Of a DNA stretch of 64,000 nt, positions 17,943-28,517 are shown piece by piece (position 1 is the first letter of the stretch; each line of letters begins with the position of its first letter). The translations under genes and the position numbers were made by a program. The DNA lies in NCBI GenBank assembly GCA_038065255.1, contig JBBTRI010000004.1, forward strand, positions 15,080 to 79,079. The letters run 5' to 3'. The DNA comes from Patescibacteria group bacterium (GTDB taxonomy: Bacteria > Patescibacteriota > Patescibacteriia > JACQRZ01). Below the pieces are notes generated by a model that saw only the letters and a list, made by a program, of their open reading frames with translations, had not been told where the DNA came from and made no database searches.

Positions 17943-18872
17943 TTATAGTGTTAATCCGAGAGCAACAATACAGATGACAAAGGAAGTTGCAAGAAGACTC
18001 GGCAATCGAAATATGCGAAGCTTTGCAATACTCGATTCAATGAGAGCGATAGCCCCGCAAAGTATACATATCTTTATCGCGAAGTAGACAAGCCCTATGA
18101 ATAACGCAATGGGATCGAATGTATGCGCAATGCCGTAAGGAAAAAAAATACTTGCTGCCAGTGAAAGAAAAATCATATATTTTTGGGCAGCTGCCCATTC
18201 TATGAGAGCAAGCCGCTTGCCGGAATATTCCAATATCATCGCTTCATGAATCATCGTCAACTCCAAATGCGTTGATGGATTGTCAAAAGGATACCGCCCC
18301 GTTTCAGCAAGAAGCGCAATAAAAAATCCGCTAAATGCTAGCACGACTGGCGCCAAGTTCGACAAAGAGAGCGACCCTACCCCATTTGAAATACCAAACA
18401 TGTTTGTAGTGTGCGTGAGAAGTGCGAGTACAAAAAGTGAAAGGACAAGCGTCCCTTCGGCAAGTGAGGAGACCATCATTTCTCGACTTGAACCAAATCC
18501 GCCGAAAGCTCCTCCTGTATCAAGCCCAGCTAAAGCAAGAAAAAATGTACCAAATGCCATGCAGTAAACAAGCACAAGAAAATCCCCACTGCCACTCTTT
18601 GCAAAAGCTGTCGTAATGAGAGGTATATTGAAACCAACAAAAAGAAAGAGTGAACACAGGATATAGGGAGTAAAGCGAAATATCCACGAAGCATCCACAC
18701 TCAAAACTTCATCTTTATGGAATAGCTTCCAGAGATCACGATAGGGCTGCAGCACAGAAGCGCCACACCTCTTTTGCAATCGTGCCTTGAGCATTCTGGT
18801 AATTCCAATACAGAGCGGGGAGAAAATCGGAATAATGATGAGTTGAATAAGTGAAGCAAAGAAAAATGACAT
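17943..18872 (-). CDS. hyfC: HyfC/HycD (NuoH-like) membrane subunit
   Basis: KARLQKRCGASVLQPYRDLWKL, GSSRE, AETGRYPFD, ELTMIHEAMILEYSG. Start trimmed to MSFFF. Confidence 0.9.
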   Translation of the reverse strand: MSFFFASLIQLIIIPIFSPLCIGITRMLKARLQKRCGASVLQPYRDLWKLFHKDEVLSVDASWIFRFTPYILCSLFLFVGFNIPLITTAFAKSGSGDFLVLVYCMAFGTFFLALAGLDTGGAFGGFGSSREMMVSSLAEGTLVLSLFVLALLTHTTNMFGISNGVGSLSLSNLAPVVLAFSGFFIALLAETGRYPFDNPSTHLELTMIHEAMILEYSGKRLALIEWAAAQKYMIFLSLAASIFFPYGIAHTFDPIALFIGLVYFAIKICILCGAIALIESSIAKLRIFRLPSLLATSFVICIVALGLTL

Positions 18873-18882
18873 ACTGAAAATA

Positions 18883-20925
18883 TTACAGCGCAAGTGTTGC
18901 GAGAAGAACAATAAGCGCTCCAAAGATATAGACTATATACATATTCACATTACCGCTCTGTATGGCGCGTGCACGATCCGAAATGGCGTTTATAACCCTT
19001 GTAAGACGATCATAGAATACAGCCCTATAAATATCATGGAGTTCCAATGTAATAACATTACGTTGAGGAAAATAGCGCGCATGAGAATCTGAATAATCCG
19101 TAACCACGCTTTTAGTTGGAAATAAGATAGCCCTGAAAATGGTAACCAGCGAACGACTAAACCCCGTTGCTGTTATTTCCATTCGAGATGTAAGGTCTGT
19201 GCCACAATCCCATGTCCTTCCATATCTCACGCGTTGGCGAGGAAAAAATAATTTCACACCCAAAAGAATACTGACGAACATGATACATAATCCTAATGTA
19301 ATGATTGGCATTGATACGGCAGAAAATCCGTTCTGCACAACGAGAAGCCCAGCAGCCGTATCGAACACACGCTCCTGTGAAAGTTGTGGAAATTGTCGAA
19401 CAATGACTTCCAGCGTACTAACAATCGTTGTTGCTCCAAGACCAAACAATAACGTAAGGAGTGCACAGAATGCCATGCTTATTCTCATGCTTATAGCCAC
19501 TTCTTGGGCAGCAGATGCATGCTCGCTGCGCGGACGGGCTAAAAACATTATGCCAAATGCTTTTACAAAACATGCTGCCGCAAGACCCCCGGTTAAGGCA
19601 AGCGCACCGATAGCAGAAATAGTAACTATCTTTGGAATAAGACTTAAAGATATAACCCCCTGAAAGAGAGCTTGAAACGTAAGCCACTCACTTACAAATC
19701 CATTAAACGGTGGCAGTGCGGAAATGGCCATCGATCCGATAAGAAATAGGAAGGCTGTCTGAGGCATGCGCTTAATAAGCCCGCCGTATTCCTCTATATT
19801 ACGTGTATGTGTTGCTGAAATTACTGATCCGGCACCCAAAAAGAGCAGAGCTTTAAACAATGCGTGATTTACCGTGTGGTAGAGAGCGGCAACACTCGCC
19901 AATACGGCAAGCCCATACTGATGCGAAGACACAAAAACAAGCGAACTCCCAAGACCCAATAAAATAATGCCGATATTTTCAATACTATGATAGGCAAGTA
20001 ATTTCTTACTATCATGCTCTGAAAGTGCATAAAGTACTCCCAGTAGCGAAGAAATGATTCCAAGGACGAGCACCACCAAACCCCACCACTGCGGGATGTC
20101 GGGAAAAAAATCAAGGCATATGCGAAAAAGCATATATATGCCTGTTTTGATCATAACGCCTGACATCAGCGCAGACACATGGGATGGAGCCGCAGGATGT
20201 GCAGCAGGCAACCAAATATGGAGGGGAATAATGCCGCATTTTATGCCGAACCCTATAAGGGCAGCGATAAACACAGCATCACGAACTAAGAATGGAATAA
20301 GATTGGAGGATGTTCGAATGGTATCAAAATCAAACGATCCAACGGAATGATAGATGAGTAAAAAGGCCAAAATGATAAACGCCGTACCAACATGAGTCAT
20401 AATAAAATATAGCGAACCTGCGCGTACATTTTCCTGCACTCTTCGTTCATACATAACAAGAACATACGATGCCAACGCCATAATCTCCCATACTATGAGA
20501 AAATAGAGCGCATGATTCGCCGTTACAACAAGAATCATGCTTACGATAAAAACGTTGTAAAAAAATGATAAAATTCCTATGGAATATTTTTGATAAAAAT
20601 GCTTGACGTAACCAATCGCGTATATCGAACACAACAAAGACAGAAGAGAAATAATTCCCATGAAGAACGCGGATAATAAATCAACTTTAATTGATATGGT
20701 AAGGAGTGGGAATGGCGAGGAAATAGTGTATACGGGAATCACTCGGCTTATAATAACGTGTGCGGAAAAAAGAAGCCCCCCGATTGATCCCAGTATGGCA
20801 AAGAAAGCCCCTAAAAGATTGGCGAGTTCGTCGTATTCATACAACAAGAGTGACACACACGCACCAATTGCAAAGAGTGAGATAATAGCAAAAAAACCAG
20901 TCTGAGAGAGGATACTGTCAATCAT
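18883..20925 (-). CDS. hyfB: HyfB/HycC (NuoL/MrpA-like) antiporter-type membrane subunit
   Basis: IVWEIM, GFGIKCG, HIWLPAAHPAAPS, MIKTG, KKLLAYHSIENIG, NHALFK, FVSEW, CFVKAFG, WDCG. Confidence 0.92.
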   Translation of the reverse strand: MIDSILSQTGFFAIISLFAIGACVSLLLYEYDELANLLGAFFAILGSIGGLLFSAHVIISRVIPVYTISSPFPLLTISIKVDLLSAFFMGIISLLSLLCSIYAIGYVKHFYQKYSIGILSFFYNVFIVSMILVVTANHALYFLIVWEIMALASYVLVMYERRVQENVRAGSLYFIMTHVGTAFIILAFLLIYHSVGSFDFDTIRTSSNLIPFLVRDAVFIAALIGFGIKCGIIPLHIWLPAAHPAAPSHVSALMSGVMIKTGIYMLFRICLDFFPDIPQWWGLVVLVLGIISSLLGVLYALSEHDSKKLLAYHSIENIGIILLGLGSSLVFVSSHQYGLAVLASVAALYHTVNHALFKALLFLGAGSVISATHTRNIEEYGGLIKRMPQTAFLFLIGSMAISALPPFNGFVSEWLTFQALFQGVISLSLIPKIVTISAIGALALTGGLAAACFVKAFGIMFLARPRSEHASAAQEVAISMRISMAFCALLTLLFGLGATTIVSTLEVIVRQFPQLSQERVFDTAAGLLVVQNGFSAVSMPIITLGLCIMFVSILLGVKLFFPRQRVRYGRTWDCGTDLTSRMEITATGFSRSLVTIFRAILFPTKSVVTDYSDSHARYFPQRNVITLELHDIYRAVFYDRLTRVINAISDRARAIQSGNVNMYIVYIFGALIVLLATLAL

Positions 20926-20928
20926 ACG

Positions 20929-21456
20929 TTACGAATTTTTTTGATCTGGGGAGATGTCATCAAGAATGGTATGAAGCGACTTCAATATTGTGAGTGGTGA
21001 TGGCGGATCTCCCGGAATAGCATACTGTACCGGCACTACTGTATGCGCACCATCACACACTGCATATGATCCTTTAAATATTCCACCGTCAATTGCGTCA
21101 TCCCCAAGCGCAACAACAATATTCGGAGTTGGCATTGCTTCATAGGTCCGCACGAGAGCTTCTCTCATATTGCTACTTACCGGCCCGGTAACAATAAGCA
21201 TATCGGCATGTCGAGGCGATGCAACAAAACGAATGCCAAACCGCTCGACGTCATAATATGCATTCCCCAATGCTACCAACTCTTGTTCGCATGCGTTCGT
21301 CGAACCGGCTGTAACCACTCGAATAGCGAGCGATCTATTAAAAAGTTTTTTTATTTTTTTTTCCAATGCAAGGCCCAAATCAAGAACTTCATTCGAACCT
21401 AAACATTCTGCACGAGAAATAACAACCTGCTTCGTTGACAGCGTCTTATACAGCAT
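20929..21456 (-). CDS. Ehr small subunit (HyfI/NuoB-like) with a degenerate Fe-S site
   Basis: YDVERFGIRFVASPRHAD.L.VTGPV core. Ligand motifs read GSTNACE, GDDA and PGDPP. Confidence 0.88.
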   Translation of the reverse strand: MLYKTLSTKQVVISRAECLGSNEVLDLGLALEKKIKKLFNRSLAIRVVTAGSTNACEQELVALGNAYYDVERFGIRFVASPRHADMLIVTGPVSSNMREALVRTYEAMPTPNIVVALGDDAIDGGIFKGSYAVCDGAHTVVPVQYAIPGDPPSPLTILKSLHTILDDISPDQKNS

Positions 21457-21459
21457 ATT

Positions 21460-21876
21460 CTACGCGGTATTTTTTCGATGTTTTCTTACGACATGCAAAC
21501 GAGCAAGTTCTTTTTCCAGTTTCGCTGCGATGATTGCGTATTCAGTTGTATCAAATGCTTGTTGGGTAAGGAGCTCTGCTGCACGCCTGTGCGCTTCTTG
21601 AGCGCGTTCTTCGATGATTTCTTCCACGCGCTCGGCAGTATCGGCTAAAATAATGATTTGCGTATTCTGCACTTCGAGCATGCCGGTGGATACAACCATG
21701 GGAATTATTTCGCCATCTTTTTTAATCGTAAGTTCACCGGATTTCAATAAACCTACCAACCCGACATGCTGCGGCAGTACGGTAATCTCACCGCTCTGTG
21801 TGGGAATGGTTACCTGGTCTACCTCGCCGTCATAGATGATCCGTTCCGGCGTTATTATACGAAGTGCAGTGGGCAT
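21460..21876 (-). CDS. atpC: F1 epsilon subunit
   Basis: IITPER...GEITVLPQH...LADTAER. Confidence 0.95.
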   Translation of the reverse strand: MPTALRIITPERIIYDGEVDQVTIPTQSGEITVLPQHVGLVGLLKSGELTIKKDGEIIPMVVSTGMLEVQNTQIIILADTAERVEEIIEERAQEAHRRAAELLTQQAFDTTEYAIIAAKLEKELARLHVVRKHRKNTA

Positions 21877-21887
21877 ACTTGATGTGT

Positions 21888-23264
<1,377 letters not shown>

Positions 23265-23291
23265 TCATAATTCATAATCGGTAAGATAGTG

Positions 23292-24167
23292 TTATTCCAA
23301 AGCAGCGCGGCCAGATGAAATTTCTGCAATTTCCTGCGTAATGCCCGCTTGGCGGATTTGGTTATACGTGAGGGAAAGATCGGAAAGCAGATCAGAGGCT
23401 GATGATGTCGCATTGTGCATCGCGAGCATACGTGCGCTATGTTCGGATGCTTCGCTTTCGAGGACTGCTTGAAAAATCTGCACATCCAGAAGACGAGGTA
23501 AGACTGCCTTGATTACTTCTGTATCCGACGGCTCAAAAAGAACCGGTAAAGTTGCTGTTGTGCCTTCCCTGTGGTGTTCCTCAACCTCGAGCGGCAGGAG
23601 TGTTTTGGCAACCGAAGACTGTTTAACCGAGGAAACAAAATGCATGGCAACAAGTATGACTTTATCAAGCTCGCCGCGGATATACATATCGCTGATAACA
23701 TGGGAGATTGGCGCAACATCCATAATAGAACGAGTGATATCATTTTTTGGAAAATCCGCCTTGACAGTGTACCCGGAGCGAGCAGCAAGCTCTCCCCCTT
23801 TCTTGCCTAGAGAAAAAAGTAGGGTATGTGTTGCTCCAGATTCTTTCTCGCGAGCTACGGTACGCTGGACCTGTGCAAGAAGTGCATTATTGAATCCTCC
23901 GCAAAGCCCTCGATTGGTACTCACAAGAACAATGCCTAATGTTTTCACAGGACGTTTTGCAAGGAGTGGATGAAGCTGCTCATCATGATTTGGATCCAAG
24001 CGACTAAGTATATCCCATGCAGTTGTTGCATAGGGACGTGTTGCAAGAGCCGCAGTCACTGCACGCCTCATTTTGGAAGCGGAAACAAGCTCCATTGCCT
24101 TTGTCATTTTTTTTGTATTGCCGATTGATCGGATCTGCCGGCGGATTGCAAGCGTACCTTTTGCCAT
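23292..24167 (-). CDS. atpG: F1 gamma subunit
   Basis: KMTKAMELVSASK, RGLCGGFN, RQAGITQEIAEI. Confidence 0.98.
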   Translation of the reverse strand: MAKGTLAIRRQIRSIGNTKKMTKAMELVSASKMRRAVTAALATRPYATTAWDILSRLDPNHDEQLHPLLAKRPVKTLGIVLVSTNRGLCGGFNNALLAQVQRTVAREKESGATHTLLFSLGKKGGELAARSGYTVKADFPKNDITRSIMDVAPISHVISDMYIRGELDKVILVAMHFVSSVKQSSVAKTLLPLEVEEHHREGTTATLPVLFEPSDTEVIKAVLPRLLDVQIFQAVLESEASEHSARMLAMHNATSSASDLLSDLSLTYNQIRQAGITQEIAEISSGRAALE

Positions 24168-24169
24168 AC

Positions 24170-25702
24170 TTACAGCTGTGCCGTAGCATTAAAATCTGTG
24201 ATTGCTTTTTTGAGAAGGTGTTCTGTTTCTTCGTTAAGCTCGCCAGTTTCGCGGATCGACTGGAGTACGATTTTCTCGTTTGCACTTTCAATATAATTGA
24301 TAAAGTGTTCTTCCCATTTTTGGATTTTATCCACTTCAATTGTATCGAGGTGTCCGTTCACGCCTGCATACAGCAGAACAACCTGCTGTTCAACGGGACG
24401 TGGTTTGTATTGTCCTTGCTTGAGTAATTCTGTAAGCCGCTTACCCCGATTGATTTGTTTTTGCGTTGTTTCATCCAGATCTGATCCGAATTGAGCGAAT
24501 GCGGCAAGTTCGCGGTACTGTGCCAAGTCAAGACGGAGACGGCCGGCAACTTTTTTCATCGCTTTTGTTTGTGCAGATGAGCCGACACGAGACACCGACA
24601 AACCAACATTCAAAGCGGGGCGTATGCCCTGGTAAAAGAGATCTGTTTCCAGGTAAATTTGTCCATCGGTAATGGAAATAACGTTTGTGGGAATATATGC
24701 AGATACATCGCCTGCCTGCGTTTCAATAATAGGCAGAGCGGTCAATGAACCGCCACCATTGTCAGCATTTAGTTTTGCAGCGCGCTCCAACAAACGTGAA
24801 TGGAGGTAAAAAATATCGCCAGGATATGCCTCGCGCCCCGGCGGTCGACGCAATAAAAGCGAAAGTTGGCGATACGCAACCGCATGCTTGGAAAGATCAT
24901 CATAGACAATAAGTACGTCCTTACCCTGTTCCATAAAGTATTCTCCCATTGCGCATGCTGCGTAGGGAGCTATAAAACTCATGGCCGCCGGATCGGATGC
25001 ACCTGCAAGTACCACTACTGTATAATCCATTGCGCCTTCTTCGGAAAGGCGTGAAACAATTTTTGCAATTTTAGATTCCTTCTGTCCTATTGCTACATAG
25101 ATACAGAATACGGGAGCGCCTTTTGCATATTCACTCTTTTGGCTGATGATGGCATCGAGCGCCACGGCAGTTTTGCCTGTTTGGCGATCGCCGATAATCA
25201 GTTCTCGTTGCCCTCTGCCAATTGGTATCATTGCATCTACTGCCGTTATGCCCGTAATGAGCGGCTGCCGTACCGATTGTCGCGTGATAACACCCGGAGC
25301 GATTTTTTCAATAGGATAAAAGGTATCCGTAGCAATGGGCCCCTGCCCATCAATAGGTGCTCCAAGAGCATCAACAACACGACCCACAAGACCGGGACCT
25401 ACCGGAACTTCCAGAATACGTCCCGTAGGTTTTACGCGATCGCCCTCTCTTAAACTCCTGAAATCTCCCAAAATCATTGCGCCAACAGTATCTTCTTCAA
25501 GATTCAGTACGACACCCATAACCGTTGAACCATCATGGGAAAGAAATTCAAGCATTTCCGATTGACGCGCATCTGCCAACCCGGAGATTTTTGCAATACC
25601 ATCCCCTACTTCGATAACATTACCTTCTTTTTGGACCTGTAGATCGCTTTTGAAAGATTCAAGCTGCTTCTGAAGTGATTGTATGAGATATTCTGATGAC
25701 AT
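24170..25702 (-). CDS. atpA: F1 alpha subunit
   Basis: [18 protein letters not shown]. Confidence 0.99.
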   Translation of the reverse strand: MSSEYLIQSLQKQLESFKSDLQVQKEGNVIEVGDGIAKISGLADARQSEMLEFLSHDGSTVMGVVLNLEEDTVGAMILGDFRSLREGDRVKPTGRILEVPVGPGLVGRVVDALGAPIDGQGPIATDTFYPIEKIAPGVITRQSVRQPLITGITAVDAMIPIGRGQRELIIGDRQTGKTAVALDAIISQKSEYAKGAPVFCIYVAIGQKESKIAKIVSRLSEEGAMDYTVVVLAGASDPAAMSFIAPYAACAMGEYFMEQGKDVLIVYDDLSKHAVAYRQLSLLLRRPPGREAYPGDIFYLHSRLLERAAKLNADNGGGSLTALPIIETQAGDVSAYIPTNVISITDGQIYLETDLFYQGIRPALNVGLSVSRVGSSAQTKAMKKVAGRLRLDLAQYRELAAFAQFGSDLDETTQKQINRGKRLTELLKQGQYKPRPVEQQVVLLYAGVNGHLDTIEVDKIQKWEEHFINYIESANEKIVLQSIRETGELNEETEHLLKKAITDFNATAQL

Positions 25703-25716
25703 AATAACGTATTCAG

Positions 25717-26127
25717 TTAGGCATGGGCACTTTTTTGTAAATGGCGACGTAATGCATGGAGGCGTCCCGCATCGCTAGCATCGACGACAAGGTCTTGTGC
25801 TTTCACTCTGAATCCTCCGATGAGATCCGCATCGACAGTAAAGGAAATATTGCTCTTTTTCCCGTATGATGCATGGATCATTTCCTCGAACATCTTTTTT
25901 TCATTGGCAGTGGGTTGGCTTGCGGTTGTAATAGTTACGCGAACAGAGCCCTCGAGGCGACTTGTGACATCACGCAACGATCGTGCTACCGCACCTGCCG
26001 TTCGAAGCAATCCTTGCCTAGCTAAAAAAGATACAAATTCATGTATCATGGTATCAATCTGCTGATGTGTTTTGCCTTTTGCCAGAGCAAGGAGGCTTTC
26101 CGCATATCGCTGGGGGGCTATCTTCAT
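25717..26127 (-). CDS. atpH: F1 delta subunit (short form)
   Basis: RYAESL...VDADLIGG...VVDAS; gene position. Confidence 0.9.
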   Translation of the reverse strand: MKIAPQRYAESLLALAKGKTHQQIDTMIHEFVSFLARQGLLRTAGAVARSLRDVTSRLEGSVRVTITTASQPTANEKKMFEEMIHASYGKKSNISFTVDADLIGGFRVKAQDLVVDASDAGRLHALRRHLQKSAHA

Positions 26128-26627
26128 ACGTTTTTTTTGAGCCGATCAACGGCTTTTTTAGCAAGATCTTTTGAAATCTTTTTTTCACCGCTTGTTTGTG
26201 CTATCGATGCAGATGCCTGCACAACGAGATCAACAATATCTTTTTTTGCATCTTCGAGCATTTGTTGTTTTTCCTGTTCTATGCGCGTCTTGGCCTGAGT
26301 AACAACGCGCTTCACTTCTTCACGAGTTTGCTTCACTGTTTCTTGCCGATGCTGCTCCGCTAATGCCGATGCTTCTTCCAAAATCTTTTCTGCTTCTTTC
26401 TTTGCCTTGAGAACGATTTGCTTATAGGTCTGGTCGGTGAGTTTCAGCTTCTCTTCAGCTGCATCGGCATCTGCCAACCCTTTTTCGATCTTTGCAGTGC
26501 GCTTTTCAAGCAATGCAAGAAGGGGCTTATACAAGAGCTTGTACAGGGCAAAAAAAAGAATTGCGAAATTGACAAGTTGGGCTACAAGCAACCTCCAATC
26601 AACACCGAGTGATGTGAGGATTTCCAT
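26124..26627 (-). CDS. atpF: Fo b subunit
   Basis: QLVNFAILFFALYKLLYKP...R...I followed by a coiled coil. Confidence 0.95.
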   Translation of the reverse strand: MEILTSLGVDWRLLVAQLVNFAILFFALYKLLYKPLLALLEKRTAKIEKGLADADAAEEKLKLTDQTYKQIVLKAKKEAEKILEEASALAEQHRQETVKQTREEVKRVVTQAKTRIEQEKQQMLEDAKKDIVDLVVQASASIAQTSGEKKISKDLAKKAVDRLKKNV

Positions 26628-26648
26628 AGATGGTGTATGACTAAAAAG

Positions 26649-26963
<315 letters not shown>

Positions 26964-26965
26964 TT

Positions 26966-26993
26966 ATTGTAGCGCACATTTTGAAGGTGTCAA
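26966..26993 (-). promoter_or_regulatory. Sigma70-type promoter upstream of atpE
   Basis: Minus strand TTGACA-16 nt-TACAAT. Confidence 0.6.
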
Positions 26994-26999
26994 CAGGTC

Positions 27000-27181
27000 T
27001 ACTGACCTTTCCTAATCATCTTAACTGATAAAATGTATGATTTTGAGTCGGATTCGATATTCTGGAGCCTCAAAAAACCGCAATTGTATCCGTAGATACG
27101 ATGAGGATTTTTTGAGGCGAAGAACGAGAAGGCGGCAAAAATCATAGGCTTTAGCGTTAAGATGATTAGGAAAGGTCAGTA
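27000..27181. mobile_element. 182-bp palindromic MITE-like element
   Basis: Perfect 26-bp inverted ends TACTGACCTTTCCTAATCATCTTAAC (27000-27025 and 27156-27181), TA at both extremities, inner perfect 11-bp stem GCCTCAAAAAA/TTTTTTGAGGC. No coding capacity. Confidence 0.8.
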
Positions 27182-27186
27182 AGTGC

Positions 27187-27215
27187 ATAAAAAAACCTCG
27201 CTGTGAGTAGCGAGG
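27187..27215 (-). terminator. Intrinsic terminator
   Basis: CCTCGCT-6-AGCGAGG stem with a T-run on the minus strand, just after the stop at 27227. Confidence 0.7.
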
Positions 27216-27226
27216 GAGGTGAATAC

Positions 27227-27838
27227 CTATCTTGAAGGATTTGTTGCTTGCTCGTTTTTGAGCTCATCTACTGAACCGGGGTTCTCCCAGGGGAAAAATA
27301 CTGCCTCGTGACAATCGATATCTCTGAGCTTATCATGAGTTCCTAGCGGAGTATCCGAACCGGGATACATAGACTGAATAATCATCGCGGGAGTATCCCC
27401 ATCAAAACGGGGTTGCTCTAGACTATAAATGACCGTAAGTGTTTTCGTCAGTGGAGCAGGAACTGTTGGGTCTTTTACGCGCCATGCCCGTGTCCACTTA
27501 TTCGGATTAAATTCTTCTATATCAAAGGGGATATCGAATAGGTGTACGGCTGAAGCCCAGCCAACATAGGATGGGTACTCGATTTCAACACTCCACGTAC
27601 CGCAGGGATCGGGCTTATTAGAAAGCACTTCTAGCGCTTCATCAACCAACTCTGAGAGGATAAAGGAGTCGGTAAGAAATTGGTTGTCATATTTCCACCG
27701 ATAGAAATTTCCTGCAAGCGGCTGCCCACTCTGGCGAAAACATGTCGACCGAAGGCGGTTGCGCTGACGAACCGGCAGAATGATGCGAATGGTTGAACCC
27801 TGATGTATCAATGAACAAGTATAGATGGTTTCCATCAT
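27227..27838 (-). CDS. Hypothetical protein (self-contained cassette inside the atp locus)
   Basis: About 203-aa ORF from MMETIY with its own consensus promoter and terminator. No family recognised. Confidence 0.7.
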   Translation of the reverse strand: MMETIYTCSLIHQGSTIRIILPVRQRNRLRSTCFRQSGQPLAGNFYRWKYDNQFLTDSFILSELVDEALEVLSNKPDPCGTWSVEIEYPSYVGWASAVHLFDIPFDIEEFNPNKWTRAWRVKDPTVPAPLTKTLTVIYSLEQPRFDGDTPAMIIQSMYPGSDTPLGTHDKLRDIDCHEAVFFPWENPGSVDELKNEQATNPSR

Positions 27839-27848
27839 CTCGATTGCC

Positions 27849-27877
27849 ATTATACACCAAAATGCCCCTTTTGTCAA
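27849..27877 (-). promoter_or_regulatory. Perfect sigma70 consensus promoter
   Basis: TTGACA-17 nt-TATAAT, ending 10 nt before ATG 27838. Confidence 0.8.
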
Positions 27878-27902
27878 TAAAAAACCTCGCTAGAGAGCGA
27901 GG
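27877..27902 (-). terminator. Intrinsic terminator, near-duplicate of the one at 27187
   Basis: ATAAAAAACCTCGCT-4-AGCGAGG. Confidence 0.65.
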
Positions 27903-27904
27903 AG

Positions 27905-28245
27905 CTAGATGGAATTTGTAATCGGATACCGCTTTCTCAAGAAGTACCGCACGCTTATAGAGTGGGTGCGCATTTCTTTTCAGTTCAAGGTCCTTTCGAG
28001 TAGATGATCGTAGCTTCTGCTCTGGTATGAAATTTAATGCAGCAAAAATAGCCATACCTATAAGACCTAACAGTATGAAAGCTACAAAGATCCAACCAAA
28101 CCATGGCCACGTAATCACTCCTTTACTCGTAGAAGCTGCGAGGGTAAAGAAAGAGGTTATCGCACCAAACACAGCACAACCGACAGAACCATAGAGGGGG
28201 TCAGCGTAACGCACCTCTATTTTGTCTACTTCACTAAGGAAAATA
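27905..28245 (-). pseudogene. Probable remnant of a 2-TM membrane protein gene
   Basis: Two TM-like segments and no convincing start. The frame reads through a terminator and the next promoter, and an out-of-frame TAG (27905-27907) lies just before the terminator. Confidence 0.4.
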
Positions 28246-28246
28246 T

Positions 28247-28516
28247 ATGAAGAAGCTCTATAAAAAAATATCATCGTTCAAAAGTGAGGCTGCGGAACGA
28301 AAGTTTTGGGAAACCAACGATTCAACTCAGTATATTGATTGGCGAAAAGCAAAAAAAACAAGATTCCCAAATCTCAAACCTTCAACAGAAACTATTTCTC
28401 TCCGTCTGCCACAGGGAATGCTGGAAGAGATTAAGATTCGAGCGCAAAAACGCGATGTTCCCTACCAGTCGCTTATCAAAATCATGCTTGATAGTAAACT
28501 GCGCGAGGATAGATAG
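28247..28516 (+). CDS. Orphan CopG/BrnA-type RHH antitoxin
   Basis: FKSEAAERKFWETNDST.Y.DW...ISLRLP...A.KRDVPYQSLIK; no toxin gene adjacent. Confidence 0.85.
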   Translation: MKKLYKKISSFKSEAAERKFWETNDSTQYIDWRKAKKTRFPNLKPSTETISLRLPQGMLEEIKIRAQKRDVPYQSLIKIMLDSKLREDR

Positions 28517-28517
28517 T

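Noticed and set aside
14292-21456. Functional group 4 [NiFe] hydrogenase or formate hydrogenlyase
   Set aside because: Both Ni-binding CxxC motifs are absent, and no maturation, ferredoxin or formate dehydrogenase genes are in the window.
14292-21456. Respiratory complex I (nuo) or a decaying pseudogene cluster
   Set aside because: Gene set and order are Hyf/Ehr-type with no NuoA/E/F/G/I. All frames are intact with tight coupling, which argues against decay.
27687-28274. Intact 195-aa protein as given in the ORF track
   Set aside because: It overlaps the antitoxin and the next gene and reads through a terminator and a consensus promoter; treated as a remnant.
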